A stretch of 64,000 bases of DNA from Spirochaetota bacterium (GTDB taxonomy: Bacteria > Spirochaetota > UBA4802 > UBA5550). The notes beneath the pieces were generated by a model. The model searched no databases. It saw only the letters and a program-made list of their open reading frames with translations, and was not told where the DNA came from. Below are positions 1 through 10,785 of this stretch, in pieces. Each line of letters opens with the position of its first letter. Position 1 is the stretch's first letter. Location: contig CAXXHB010000003.1 of NCBI GenBank assembly GCA_963664815.2, positions 1,216,001-1,280,000 on the forward strand, written 5' to 3'. A program made the position numbers and the translations under genes.

Positions 1-1303
1 TGGATATATTAAGCTGGATAAAATTTTAAAGTCTTTTACAAAAAATGGGATAACTGACACCTTTATGATAAATGGCGATGGTGAGGTAATAGCTCATCCC
101 GATACAAATCTCGTATTGAATTATGCTAATTTTATAAAACTTCCCATTGTAGATATGATGATGAAGAGCAAGCTCAGCAATGGTCAGACAAGATATAAAA
201 ATGAGTCCGGGGTATACCATTTAGGATCGTTCAAGAAAATTGGATTCAGTGGTATAGGAATCATCAGTTCGGTGCCGGAAGATCTTGCACTTCAGGAAGT
301 TTATAACATTCAGAGAAGAAATATATATATCACAATTATTGTTCTTAATATCGCAATACTTATAGTTTATTATTTCAGTAAATCCCTTACAACTCCAATT
401 ACTACTCTTGTCGGTGCGACGAAAGAAATCGAAAAAGGAAATTTTAAAGTAGATGTTAAGGCGACTACCGGTGATGAAATAGGTATTCTCACAGAATCAT
501 TCGTTGAGATGGGACGGGGACTCGATGAAAGAGAGAGAATGAAGGATGCTTTTGGTAAATTTGTTAATAAAGAGATTGCTGAACAGGTTCTGAAAGGAAC
601 GATCAAGCTTGGTGGTGAAAGAAAAAAAGCTACTGTTTTCTTTTCTGATATAAGAGGATTTACGGCCATCTCAGAAAAACTTGAACCGGAAGAAGTAGTT
701 GAATTTCTCAATCAGTATATGACCAGGATGGTTAACTGCGTTAATGATACAAATGGTGTTGTTGATAAATATATAGGTGATGCGGTTATGGCTGTATGGG
801 GAGCTCCTGTAACTCATGGAAATGATACAGAAAATGCCATAAACGGGGCTTTAATGATGAGGCGGGAGCTGATCGAGTTTAATAAGGGACGAGGCGGAGA
901 TAAAAAGCCGATTATTAAAATCGGATGCGGGCTTAATACCGGTCCTGTACTTGCCGGTCAGATAGGTTCTAATGAAAGAATGGAGTATACTGTTATAGGC
1001 GATACTGTTAACCTTGCATCAAGGATTGAATCACTGAATAAACCTTTCGGTACAGATATTCTTGTTTCAACTGATACTTATTTTGAAATAAAGGATATAT
1101 TCAGAACTGAACCTATGCAGAAAATAAAAGTAAAAGGGAAAAGTGAACCTCAACAGATTTATGCCGTTCTTGGAAGGCTTGATGACCCCACTTCTCCTAA
1201 GACTCTTGAAGAAATGAGGAAACTGGTTGGTATTGAAATGAAAGGCAAACCGACTGAAGAAGCAGGCGAAGAGGGTGAAGTAAAATATGAAATTCTTGAC
1301 TAA
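1..1303 (+). CDS. Membrane-bound class III adenylate/guanylate cyclase (Cache-like - TM - HAMP - cyclase), 5' end outside window
   Basis: Frame is open from base 2. Motifs FSDIRGFT, DKYIGDAVMA, GDTVNLASRIE; HAMP segment DEIGILTESF. Confidence 0.93.
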   Translation, partial: GYIKLDKILKSFTKNGITDTFMINGDGEVIAHPDTNLVLNYANFIKLPIVDMMMKSKLSNGQTRYKNESGVYHLGSFKKIGFSGIGIISSVPEDLALQEVYNIQRRNIYITIIVLNIAILIVYYFSKSLTTPITTLVGATKEIEKGNFKVDVKATTGDEIGILTESFVEMGRGLDERERMKDAFGKFVNKEIAEQVLKGTIKLGGERKKATVFFSDIRGFTAISEKLEPEEVVEFLNQYMTRMVNCVNDTNGVVDKYIGDAVMAVWGAPVTHGNDTENAINGALMMRRELIEFNKGRGGDKKPIIKIGCGLNTGPVLAGQIGSNERMEYTVIGDTVNLASRIESLNKPFGTDILVSTDTYFEIKDIFRTEPMQKIKVKGKSEPQQIYAVLGRLDDPTSPKTLEEMRKLVGIEMKGKPTEEAGEEGEVKYEILD

Positions 1304-4289
1304 CGACATATTATTCTCTGGTATCAGCGCTTTATTAATTACAACTTTTTCAGTACTTCTATACGCGGATTTTAATAAAAAAATAGAAGTTGGAAATGTA
1401 AAACAGATAGGAAGTATTACCTTTAAGCGGGAAGTTGCCCAGAGAAAATATCAGTCACAGGTTGTATGGGAGGCAATTGATCAGAATTTTCCTGTTTATA
1501 ATAATGATTCAATAAGAACATCCGATTTGTCTGAAGCTGTAATACATTTGTCGGATGGAACGGACATCAATATTGAAGAGAATAGTATGATAATGCTGTC
1601 AACACAGGAAAATGCTATTAACATTAATTTTGAACAAGGTTCAATTTCTGCAAACAGAACAGGTGTTCAGGGTGCTGATATTGCAGCAATCAATATTAAA
1701 TCCCAGGATGCAACAGTTTCAATTGATAAGAGCAATATTCAGCTGACACAGCTTGAGAATAAAGAGCTGGATTTAACTGTATCTAACGGTACGGCAAAGG
1801 TCAAATCCGGATCAGAAGAGACACTTGTTAAGTCAAGTGAAAAAGCTATTATATCTTCAGATCGTAAAGATACCACTATCGTTAAGCTTAAATTTGACTT
1901 AAAGGAACCAGCATCAAACCAGTATTTTATTATTGAAGTACCTAGATCAGAGGTTTCTTTTGCCTGGGATTTGTCAGGGAATTTTAAAAATATAACATGG
2001 GAAATAAGTAGAGACAGATCCTTTTCAAAAATTTTATTTTCGCGAAAAGGTTTAATGCAGAATTTTACCAAGATTAATCTTGAGGCAGGAGTTTACTATT
2101 GGAGAATTTCAGCAATAAATGAAGATAATAAAAAAACAGAATTCAGTGAAACCGGAAAGTTAAATATTATAAACCGTAAACCTGTGAAACTGATTTCGCC
2201 AGTATCAGGTGAAATAGTAAAACATTCAGTTTCACAGAATTCAATTTCATTCAGATGGAGTGAGGATTCCCTTGCCGCTGATTATACCCTTGAAATAGCT
2301 CAGGATAAGGATTTTAATACTGTAATCAGCAAATTGAATACACCTTTAAAAAATATTACCATTGATAATCTCAATCAGGGGGATTTTTACTGGAGAATAA
2401 ACAGTAATATATCAATTGGAGGAAATCAGATTGTTAAAACAACACCCGCCTCAGTTTTTAAAATTGATAAGGTAAAAGTTATTACTCCACCAGTGTTGAT
2501 AAGTCCGGTCAAGGGTGAAAAAATTGATGCTGCACTTATAAAATCGAAAGGTTTACTCCTTAGCTGGAGCAATGATAATGCATTTTCTCTTTATAATGTT
2601 CAGATATCCAGAGAAATTGATTTTAAAGATAAAATTGTTGATCAGCAGAGAAAACTAAATTTTGCTGAAATAAAAAATGATCTTAAACCTGGTAAATATT
2701 TCTGGCGGGTTGATGGTCTGGTGAGTTCGGGTGAGGATGTCCCTTACTCTGATACAGGTGAATTTGAAATTGCAATAATTGGCAATCTTTCTACAGTGAC
2801 ACCTTCAGAAAATGAAGAAGTAAAGTTTCCTGCGGGTGCAAAAAAAGTTGATGTTCAATTCGGCTGGACAAAAATTGATTTAAGCGGAAATTATAGACTC
2901 CAGTTATCAAAAAAAGCCGATTTTTCAGATTCTAAAATAATAAATTTTAAAGATCAGAGTTCAGGATCAATACCTGTAGATAAACCGGGTGAATATTACT
3001 GGAGAGTCATTCTTACTGACGAAAAGAATAAAGAACTGATTAAAAGTAATGGTTCTAAATTTATTGTCTCAATTGAAGAAACTGCCCCTGAAACTAAAAC
3101 TTTTCTGATTGTTAAATCTCCGATAAGGGGTGGTAAGATTTATATCGATTCGAAGTTTAAAGGCTATACGGAGTATACACAGGAAGTACGACCTGATATG
3201 GATGTTTCTGTTAAAGTGACAGCCGAGGGTTATAAAGATTTTCAGACACAGCTGAAAGTAAAAGCAGGAGATACCTATACATTATCTGCCGCATTGGAAA
3301 AAAATAAAAAACTGGAGAGAGTGAAGTGGGTTAGCCCGTTAAAAACAGCGGTAAGTTCTGCTCCGTTATATTATAAAGACAGGATAATTCTTTGTTCCGA
3401 AAATGGTAATATAATAATCATGAACAATACCGGGAATGTTCTGGTTACAAAAAAAATAACAAAGAGGTTTGAGTCAAAACCGGTTGTTTATGAAAATAAT
3501 GTATATGCTGTGGATGTTGACGGAGTACTGTATTCAATAGATACGTCCAATGGAAACATTAATTGGCAGATTAAAGCCGGAGGTCCTCTGCTATTTAAGT
3601 CAGAGCTTGTAATTTTCAATAATAAAATTTATCTTGCTACAGGATTTGGTATTGTTGAAGCTTATGATTTAAAGGGTAAAAAGCTCTGGAGTAAAAATCT
3701 TGATGAAGCAATTTATAACTCGTTACTGATAGTGAAGAATAACCTGATCATAGCAACAGATGCTATGAGGCTTTACTCTCTTGATTCGAGTGACGGAGAC
3801 AAGAACTGGTCTGTTAAGATTGATGAAAAGGTTATAACGTTAACTCCGGTTGTTCATAATGACATAATTTACTTTGGATGTTATTCCGGAACATTCTATG
3901 CGATTTCTCTTGGCGGAGATATTATATGGACATTTAAATCTGGAGGTCCTATCTATTCAAGCCCGGTTGTTATTGATAAGAGTATATACTTCGGATCAGA
4001 AGATGGTTTTGTGTATTCATTGAATGACGTTAAAGGTACATTAAACTGGAAATTTAAAACATCAAATCCTGTGAAAAATAGTCCTCTTTATGCTTTCGAT
4101 AGTGTTATTATTGCCAGTGATAATACAGTTTTTTCTTTGAATCCTCTTAACGGGGATGTAATATGGCAGAACTCATTTGGAAGCAGAATTAAGACATCAC
4201 CAACATTCGCCGGCGATACAATAATTCTTGGTCTTGTTAATGGCGATATAGTTTCAGTAAGAAATAATCTTATTGAGTTGGTTCAGTAA
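1287..4289 (+). CDS. FecR-domain membrane protein with Ig/Fn3-like repeats, PEGA domain and C-terminal PQQ-type (BamB-like) beta-propeller
   Basis: N-terminal TM; FecR-like DSIRT..SEAVIHLSDGTDINIEENS; four G.(Y/F)(Y/F)WR repeats; PEGA-like KIYIDSKFKG..AEGYKD; repeated YSLD..G...W.FK propeller blades. Overlaps the cyclase 3' end by 17 bp. Confidence 0.8.
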   Translation: MKFLTNDILFSGISALLITTFSVLLYADFNKKIEVGNVKQIGSITFKREVAQRKYQSQVVWEAIDQNFPVYNNDSIRTSDLSEAVIHLSDGTDINIEENSMIMLSTQENAININFEQGSISANRTGVQGADIAAINIKSQDATVSIDKSNIQLTQLENKELDLTVSNGTAKVKSGSEETLVKSSEKAIISSDRKDTTIVKLKFDLKEPASNQYFIIEVPRSEVSFAWDLSGNFKNITWEISRDRSFSKILFSRKGLMQNFTKINLEAGVYYWRISAINEDNKKTEFSETGKLNIINRKPVKLISPVSGEIVKHSVSQNSISFRWSEDSLAADYTLEIAQDKDFNTVISKLNTPLKNITIDNLNQGDFYWRINSNISIGGNQIVKTTPASVFKIDKVKVITPPVLISPVKGEKIDAALIKSKGLLLSWSNDNAFSLYNVQISREIDFKDKIVDQQRKLNFAEIKNDLKPGKYFWRVDGLVSSGEDVPYSDTGEFEIAIIGNLSTVTPSENEEVKFPAGAKKVDVQFGWTKIDLSGNYRLQLSKKADFSDSKIINFKDQSSGSIPVDKPGEYYWRVILTDEKNKELIKSNGSKFIVSIEETAPETKTFLIVKSPIRGGKIYIDSKFKGYTEYTQEVRPDMDVSVKVTAEGYKDFQTQLKVKAGDTYTLSAALEKNKKLERVKWVSPLKTAVSSAPLYYKDRIILCSENGNIIIMNNTGNVLVTKKITKRFESKPVVYENNVYAVDVDGVLYSIDTSNGNINWQIKAGGPLLFKSELVIFNNKIYLATGFGIVEAYDLKGKKLWSKNLDEAIYNSLLIVKNNLIIATDAMRLYSLDSSDGDKNWSVKIDEKVITLTPVVHNDIIYFGCYSGTFYAISLGGDIIWTFKSGGPIYSSPVVIDKSIYFGSEDGFVYSLNDVKGTLNWKFKTSNPVKNSPLYAFDSVIIASDNTVFSLNPLNGDVIWQNSFGSRIKTSPTFAGDTIILGLVNGDIVSVRNNLIELVQ

Positions 4290-4374
4290 CATGATATAAT
4301 TTTGATCTTAATTGTAATTTTTTATATAATTAATACTTGAAATTATGTCTCTTCTAAAAATAATACCTACATGA

Positions 4375-4400
4375 AAAAATCCCCATAAACGGGGATTTTT
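4375..4400. terminator. Intrinsic terminator-like hairpin
   Basis: aaaaatcccc-ataaac-ggggattttt. Confidence 0.6.
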
Positions 4401-4479
4401 GAGGGGTTATTTTATAATTCCTCAAAAATATCTTACATCTCTTTTATGGCGGGGAGCCTAATAATTTTCAGGTATTTAT

Positions 4480-7400
4480 ATGGATTTTGTACATTTACAT
4501 AATCATACAGACTATTCAATATTAGATGGAGCTATAACAGTAGATAAGCTTGTGGATAAAGCTGTCAGATTTGGTATGCCTGCTGTAGCTATTACTGATC
4601 ATGGTAATATGTTCGGAGCTATTGAATTTTATCAGAAGGCGCATAAGGCAGGAATTAAACCGATTATTGGTGAAGAATTTTATGTCGCTCCGGGATCAAG
4701 ATTTAAAAAGGAATCTGTTCGAGGTGATAAAGAGGATAATGCGCATCATCTTATTGTTCTTGCAAAAAATCTTACCGGATATATGAATTTAATGAAGCTG
4801 TCTTCGATCGGATATCTTGAGGGTTTTTATTACAAACCGAGAATAGATATGGAGGTTCTTGAAAAATATTCCGAAGGTCTTATTGTTTCTTCAGCCTGTA
4901 TTGCCGGAGAGATACCAAGGAATATTCTGCGAGGGAAGCTAAAGGAAGCCAGAGATCTTGCCGGACGATACAAGGAGTTGTTCAGTGCGGATAATTTTTA
5001 TCTTGAGCTTCAATATCATGGTATTAAAGAACAGGAGATAGTAAACAGCGAATTGATAAAGATTTCATCCGAGCTCAATATACCATTAATTGCGACAAAT
5101 GATGCACACTATGTAGACAAGGATGATGCCTATTCTCATGAAGTTTTATTATGTGTTCAGACAGGTAAAACGATGAATGATGAAAGCAGGATGAGATTTT
5201 CAACAGATCAATTCTATCTGAAGAGTTTTGATGAAATGAGGAAATTATTTTCTGATTATCCTGATGCGCTATTTAATACATGTAAAATTGCTGATATGAT
5301 AGATCTTGAATTGGATCTTGGTCATCCAATATTGCCGAATTTTAAAGTTCCGGAAGGATTCAATCTTGATTCATATTTGCGCCATCTTGTAGATGAGGGC
5401 GCATTAAAGATATATGGATCAAATATCCCTCAGGTAGTGACGGACAGGATAAATTATGAATTTTCTGTAATTACTAAAATGAAGTTTTCCGGTTATTTTT
5501 TAATAGTATGGGATTTCATAAATTATGCGCGGTCAGTAAATATTCCTGTCGGGCCGGGAAGGGGATCAGCTGCCGGTTCCATCATATCGTATTGTCTTGG
5601 TATTACGGCGCTTGACCCTCTCAGGTATAATCTTCTCTTTGAGAGGTTTTTAAATCCAGATAGAAACGAGATGCCTGATATGGATCTTGATTTTTGCGCG
5701 GATAGACGAGAAGAAGTTATAGATTATTGTAAGCGAAAATATGGAGAAGATCATGTAAGTCAGATAATCACAATTAATAAGATGAAATCAAAGGCTGTTG
5801 TAAAAGATGTAGCCAGAGCTCTTGATATCCCATTTGCAGACTCTAATGCAATAAGTAAGCTTATTGAAGGAGATTCCTTAACTAAATCAATTGAGATGTC
5901 TCCCGAGCTTAAAAAGTATACAGAAAGTGAAATCGGAAAAAAAGTATTTGATATATCACTAAGGCTTGAGGGGCTCACCCGATCTGCTGGTAAGCATGCA
6001 GCGGGAGTTGTAATTTCAAAGGGGCCTTTGACTGACTATGTTCCTCTTTATAAAGACAAAGATGGCAGTATATCATCTCAATATGAAAAGAATACTCTTG
6101 AACAGGCCGGACTGGTTAAAATGGATTTTCTTGGATTAAGAAATCTCACTATTATTGATCAATGCATAAAATTAATCAAGAAAACTACCGGTGACGATAT
6201 AACTGATATTAATAATATATCACTAGATGATAAAGAAACATATAAATTACTGCAGCGGGCTGACACGAAGGGTGTTTTTCAGCTTGAGAGTTCCGGGATG
6301 CAGAATATTCTCCGGAGGCTCGGGCCAACAGAATTTGAGGATATAATTGCTATTGTTGCATTATTCAGGCCGGGACCGTTAGGTTCGGGAATGGTTGATG
6401 ATTTTATTGAGAGAAAAAAGAAACCTGAACTTGTGAAGTATTCTCATCCGTCTCTTGAACCTGTATTAAAGGATACATTGGGAGTTGTAGTTTATCAGGA
6501 ACAGGTTATGCTTATTTCCCAGGTAATTGCCGGATTTACACTCCCTGAGGCGGATAAACTCCGTAAGGCGATGGGAAAGAAAAAAATGGATATCATTGAT
6601 GCTCTTGAGACTAAATTTCTGCAGGGAGCTGAGAAGAAAAATATAGATAAAAAAATTGCTGTAGAGCTTTATGATATGATAAAGAAGTTTGGTGAGTACG
6701 GATTTAACAAGTCGCATTCGGCTGCCTATGCCCTTGTTACTTATCAGACCGCATTTTTAAAAGCTCATTACCGGCTTCAATATATGACGGCCCTTCTTTC
6801 AGCTGCACCGGATAAACAGGATGATGTAATACAATATATCAATGATTCCAGGGAGTATGGAATAAAGGTGTTACCCCCATCTATTAATAACAGTTTTTAT
6901 GATTTTTCGATTGAAAATGAATCTCTGAGATTCGGATTTGGTGCAATAAAGGGACTTGGAGAGAAGGCAATTGAAAACATAATTGAATCCAGAAACAGGT
7001 GCGGATCATTTGAAACTCTTAAGCAATTCCTTGAGAATGTTGAATTGTCGGTTGTAAATAAAGGAGTGCTTGAATCGCTGATTAAGTCAGGTTCTTTTGA
7101 TGAGATTCATAAGAACAGGGCGCAGCTTTTCGAGTCAATTGATCTGATAATAGACCTGGCAAAAAAATATCAGCAGGATATAGCATCAGGACAGGGAGAT
7201 CTTTTTAGTCAGGATTCCTCCCGTGACAACAGCATGATATCGTCAGATCTTCCACCTGTGCAGGAATGGAATGATAATATGAAATTGAATTTTGAGAAAG
7301 AGATACTCGGTCTTTATTTGTCAGGACATCCATTGGCTAGATTTGAAAAGGAGATAAACTCATTTCCGTCATACACTCTTCCGGAACTTTGTGAAGAAAA

Positions 7401-7923
7401 CTGTTCCGGTGATGTTTCTATCGTTGGAATAATCAGTAACATATCGGTTAAGAGATCACAGAAAAACGGAAAACAATATGCGACTGGTCTATTTGAGGAT
7501 TTGAATGGATCTATAGAAATTCTGATTTTTTCAAAGGTTCTCGATAAATTTAACGAACTGATCAATTGCGGAGAGCCGGTTATGGTTACCGGGAAGATTG
7601 AAATGGAGGGTGGCAGACCGAAAAAGATACTGGCAAACAGCCTTAAATCTTTAAAAGAAGTGAGAAGGGATGCAGCAGCAGCAATTCATATAAAGCTCGA
7701 TTCACTTGGAGTTGATGATGACGTAATAGTTAAAATTAAAGAAGTAATTGAAAGACATAAAGGGAATTGCCCGTTATATTTTCATATCAGGGATCATAAT
7801 GAAACAAAAACAATCAGAGCGCATTCAACCTTTAATATTTTTCCTTCTGATGTCTTTATTGAAGACATAACCAGACTTGTTGGCCATGATTCTGTAAGAT
7901 ACTCTTTCACCAGATATAATTAA
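4480..7923 (+). CDS. dnaE: DNA polymerase III alpha subunit
   Basis: PHP domain FVHLHNHTDYSILDG; GPGRGSAAGS; MPDMDLDF; YGFNKSH; 1147 aa. Confidence 0.98.
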   Translation: MDFVHLHNHTDYSILDGAITVDKLVDKAVRFGMPAVAITDHGNMFGAIEFYQKAHKAGIKPIIGEEFYVAPGSRFKKESVRGDKEDNAHHLIVLAKNLTGYMNLMKLSSIGYLEGFYYKPRIDMEVLEKYSEGLIVSSACIAGEIPRNILRGKLKEARDLAGRYKELFSADNFYLELQYHGIKEQEIVNSELIKISSELNIPLIATNDAHYVDKDDAYSHEVLLCVQTGKTMNDESRMRFSTDQFYLKSFDEMRKLFSDYPDALFNTCKIADMIDLELDLGHPILPNFKVPEGFNLDSYLRHLVDEGALKIYGSNIPQVVTDRINYEFSVITKMKFSGYFLIVWDFINYARSVNIPVGPGRGSAAGSIISYCLGITALDPLRYNLLFERFLNPDRNEMPDMDLDFCADRREEVIDYCKRKYGEDHVSQIITINKMKSKAVVKDVARALDIPFADSNAISKLIEGDSLTKSIEMSPELKKYTESEIGKKVFDISLRLEGLTRSAGKHAAGVVISKGPLTDYVPLYKDKDGSISSQYEKNTLEQAGLVKMDFLGLRNLTIIDQCIKLIKKTTGDDITDINNISLDDKETYKLLQRADTKGVFQLESSGMQNILRRLGPTEFEDIIAIVALFRPGPLGSGMVDDFIERKKKPELVKYSHPSLEPVLKDTLGVVVYQEQVMLISQVIAGFTLPEADKLRKAMGKKKMDIIDALETKFLQGAEKKNIDKKIAVELYDMIKKFGEYGFNKSHSAAYALVTYQTAFLKAHYRLQYMTALLSAAPDKQDDVIQYINDSREYGIKVLPPSINNSFYDFSIENESLRFGFGAIKGLGEKAIENIIESRNRCGSFETLKQFLENVELSVVNKGVLESLIKSGSFDEIHKNRAQLFESIDLIIDLAKKYQQDIASGQGDLFSQDSSRDNSMISSDLPPVQEWNDNMKLNFEKEILGLYLSGHPLARFEKEINSFPSYTLPELCEENCSGDVSIVGIISNISVKRSQKNGKQYATGLFEDLNGSIEILIFSKVLDKFNELINCGEPVMVTGKIEMEGGRPKKILANSLKSLKEVRRDAAAAIHIKLDSLGVDDDVIVKIKEVIERHKGNCPLYFHIRDHNETKTIRAHSTFNIFPSDVFIEDITRLVGHDSVRYSFTRYN

Positions 7924-7932
7924 CCATCACTA

Positions 7933-8997
7933 TCAGGATTCATAAATTGTTACATTTTTCTTAATCATGCTGAAACCTTGTGATTGTTGCATCAGCTGGA
8001 AATGCTCAGGAGTTGTTTTAATTCTTATATTTCCGTATTCCATAAGATCCTTTGAAATTAACTGGGCGAGAGTGATAGGTGTCGTTGTATCAATTATGCT
8101 TTGTTCCGGAATATTCAATGTCAGGTTCCCCCCCTTTTTTATAACAAGTTCATTGCCATATCTGGTCTTTATGAGACGTAAAACATTTTCAATTACATCA
8201 AGTCTGGTATAACTGGTGAAATTTCCGGTTATGTATATCTCTCCTTCAGCTAAGTTTAATTTTTCATCATAATCAACAGGAGGCTCGCCATTCTTAAAAA
8301 TTTTATCTCCGGAGCGTAATACAACATCAGCAGATTGTGCCGCAGTAATTTTCGGTCCGATAGATTTGACGGGCTTTTCTTTTAAAAGTTTGTTTTTAAG
8401 ATTTTCTTTTGCTCTTATCATGTTCATGAAAAGAACCAGTTCTGATTTTATTAGTGACTGATCCTGTTCTGCATCAGTGAGGAGTATATTAAAATTATTT
8501 TTGAATTTTTCATTATTCACAGTGTACTCATTGATAATACTATTAAGTCGGTCGTCATTAGTTTTTAAAATACCCAATATATTTTGAGGGTGTTTGTGTT
8601 TATATTTAAATTCGCTATATTCTTTATTATTCATAAGAATGATTATATTGCATGAAATATTTTTAAATTGTTCCCCCTGCATGATGATTATATATGAAAG
8701 GAGGAGTGTCTTGATAACTTTACTCTTATCGTGCTGATCATCAATGCCGATTGTGATATTCATGTCTGTTATTGTAATAAATGGATAACCATTTTGCTGT
8801 ATGAAAGAGAGTATATCCCTTTTTAAAAAAGATAAATTCCCGTCTGTATTAAATCTTTCTTTTAACCCAACTAAAGAAGAAAGAGAGGCATTTTCTGAGT
8901 ATTGATCTATGTTAATGCCTGTAAGAATCTCATTTATAAGTGGGAAGAGGTTTAAATAATCTGTAAGTATCAATGCCTTATTAGAAATAATATTCAT
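7933..8997 (-). CDS. Hypothetical protein, possibly degenerate receiver-like N-terminus and STAS-like C-terminus
   Basis: 354-aa ORF with upstream GAGG RBS. Domain guesses come from pattern only. Confidence 0.7.
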   Translation of the reverse strand: MNIISNKALILTDYLNLFPLINEILTGINIDQYSENASLSSLVGLKERFNTDGNLSFLKRDILSFIQQNGYPFITITDMNITIGIDDQHDKSKVIKTLLLSYIIIMQGEQFKNISCNIIILMNNKEYSEFKYKHKHPQNILGILKTNDDRLNSIINEYTVNNEKFKNNFNILLTDAEQDQSLIKSELVLFMNMIRAKENLKNKLLKEKPVKSIGPKITAAQSADVVLRSGDKIFKNGEPPVDYDEKLNLAEGEIYITGNFTSYTRLDVIENVLRLIKTRYGNELVIKKGGNLTLNIPEQSIIDTTTPITLAQLISKDLMEYGNIRIKTTPEHFQLMQQSQGFSMIKKNVTIYES

Positions 8998-9462
8998 TAA
9001 TCATTCCTCTTTTATTAAAATACATATCCAATGTTTTAATATACTTTTGTTTTTCTGTAGCATATTATATCTTTTTCAGTGAATGTTTAAAATATAACTG
9101 TTATACAATATCAGTAAATCGAGCGAAATGAATTTTTGTCCGATAGACACTTAAGCTATTGTGTTTAAATTAAAAAAAAATACGTTTACTTTTTGTATCT
9201 GATTGATTTTATTCAAGGCACTTTTTAATTTTCATACAATCATTTTTTAATGATATTATAAAAATATCTTGAATAATAATAAATTCAGAAAATATAGTCA
9301 ATTAAATTAAATCACTGGAATAATGGAATCAATCAGTAACAGAAAGGAATAATTCTGGAAAATATCATTTCATAATCAATAAATGTAGTCATCGGATGTC
9401 GTCCTAATAAGGAAATTATTGGTAAAAAATTTCAAAAAGTAGTTTATAAAGAGAGTATACTT

Positions 9463-10332
9463 ATGAAAATTGTTCATAAAATAGAAGAAGTCAGATCAGA
9501 AGTTAAAGCTGCAAAGAAGGAATCGATGCTTGTTGGATTTATTCCGACGATGGGTTTTCTTCATAACGGTCACATCAGCCTTGTTGAAATTGCACGGAAG
9601 GAAACACAATTTATCGTTATGAGTATCTTTGTTAATAAGCTTCAGTTTAATGATCTTAATGATTTTGAAAATTATCCTAAGGACCTGGAAAGAGATATTA
9701 AAATGGCCGAACAGGGTGGAGTTGAACTTCTATTCATCCCTGATGATAAGGAAATATATCGTAACAATCTGACAACAGTTGATGTCGGATTGCTTACAGA
9801 TAATCTTTGTGGTGCTTCAAGACCGGGACATTTTAAAGGTGTCTTTACTATAGTAAGCAAATTGTTCAATATAATTCAGCCTGATATAGCTGTATTTGGT
9901 CAGAAAGACATTCAGCAAGTTGTAAGTATTGAGAAGATGGTTTCTGATCTGAATTTTCCATTAAAAATAATTATTGCACCAATTATCCGTGAAAATGACG
10001 GACTTGCTATGAGCTCAAGAAATAAACATCTGAGCGCCAGTCACAGAGAAGATGCTCTTGCGCTTAGTAAAGGACTTAAAGTTTGCAGAGAACTTATTGA
10101 TTCTGGTGAAAGGAACACAAAAAAAATTACTGAAAGAATACGATCGGAAATTATGAAGGGAGTACCTGATTGTATAGACTATATTTCAATTGTAAAATAC
10201 GAGGATCTGAGTTATATAGATCAGATCGAAGATAAAGCTGTTGTTGCCGTAGCCGCATTCTGGGGTGGTACAAGGCTTATAGATAATATGATTATTGATA
10301 AAACAGATAATGGATTTACATGCATTTTCTGA
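9463..10332 (+). CDS. panC: Pantoate-beta-alanine ligase
   Basis: FIPTMGFLHNGH, SRPGHFKGV, FGQKDIQQ, GLAMSSRN, RLIDN. Confidence 0.97.
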   Translation: MKIVHKIEEVRSEVKAAKKESMLVGFIPTMGFLHNGHISLVEIARKETQFIVMSIFVNKLQFNDLNDFENYPKDLERDIKMAEQGGVELLFIPDDKEIYRNNLTTVDVGLLTDNLCGASRPGHFKGVFTIVSKLFNIIQPDIAVFGQKDIQQVVSIEKMVSDLNFPLKIIIAPIIRENDGLAMSSRNKHLSASHREDALALSKGLKVCRELIDSGERNTKKITERIRSEIMKGVPDCIDYISIVKYEDLSYIDQIEDKAVVAVAAFWGGTRLIDNMIIDKTDNGFTCIF

Positions 10333-10778
10333 AACGATTTTTTTTAATTCTGTTTTTATTGCAATCAGGTTGCGGCAGCGGTGGACCACTTACTCCTGTA
10401 CAGTCATTTAATGATATAAAACATGCTGTAGAAAAAAACGATAGCGATGCTATTGCAGGTTTACTGACTGTATCAAGTCTTGAAAAAATGAATAAACTGA
10501 ATATGTTAATTAAAGAGATGCGGAAAGATCAGCTGGAATTGCTTTCAGTTAAATATGGATATTCACAGGAAAAATTAAAAAACCTGAGAGTTGCAGATTG
10601 TGTATATTTATATTTTTTTTCTGATGTTACTGGTGTAAGGTTGAACAGATTTTTTGAACATGGTATTATAACTGTTGATATCAAGGGGAACAGAGCTTCA
10701 GTAAAAACTGAAAATGGTGTTGATCTTTATTTCTTAAGGGAAGGACCATACTGGAAATTTGATCTAAGTGATCTTTAA
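10320..10778 (+). CDS. Putative lipoprotein
   Basis: Basic N-terminus, hydrophobic stretch, lipobox-like QSGC; overlaps the panC end. Confidence 0.7.
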   Translation: MHFLKRFFLILFLLQSGCGSGGPLTPVQSFNDIKHAVEKNDSDAIAGLLTVSSLEKMNKLNMLIKEMRKDQLELLSVKYGYSQEKLKNLRVADCVYLYFFSDVTGVRLNRFFEHGIITVDIKGNRASVKTENGVDLYFLREGPYWKFDLSDL

Positions 10779-10785
10779 GCTATAT

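Noticed and set aside
4480-7923. Intein in dnaE
   Set aside because: Length is normal (1147 aa) and no splicing or homing-endonuclease motifs are seen.
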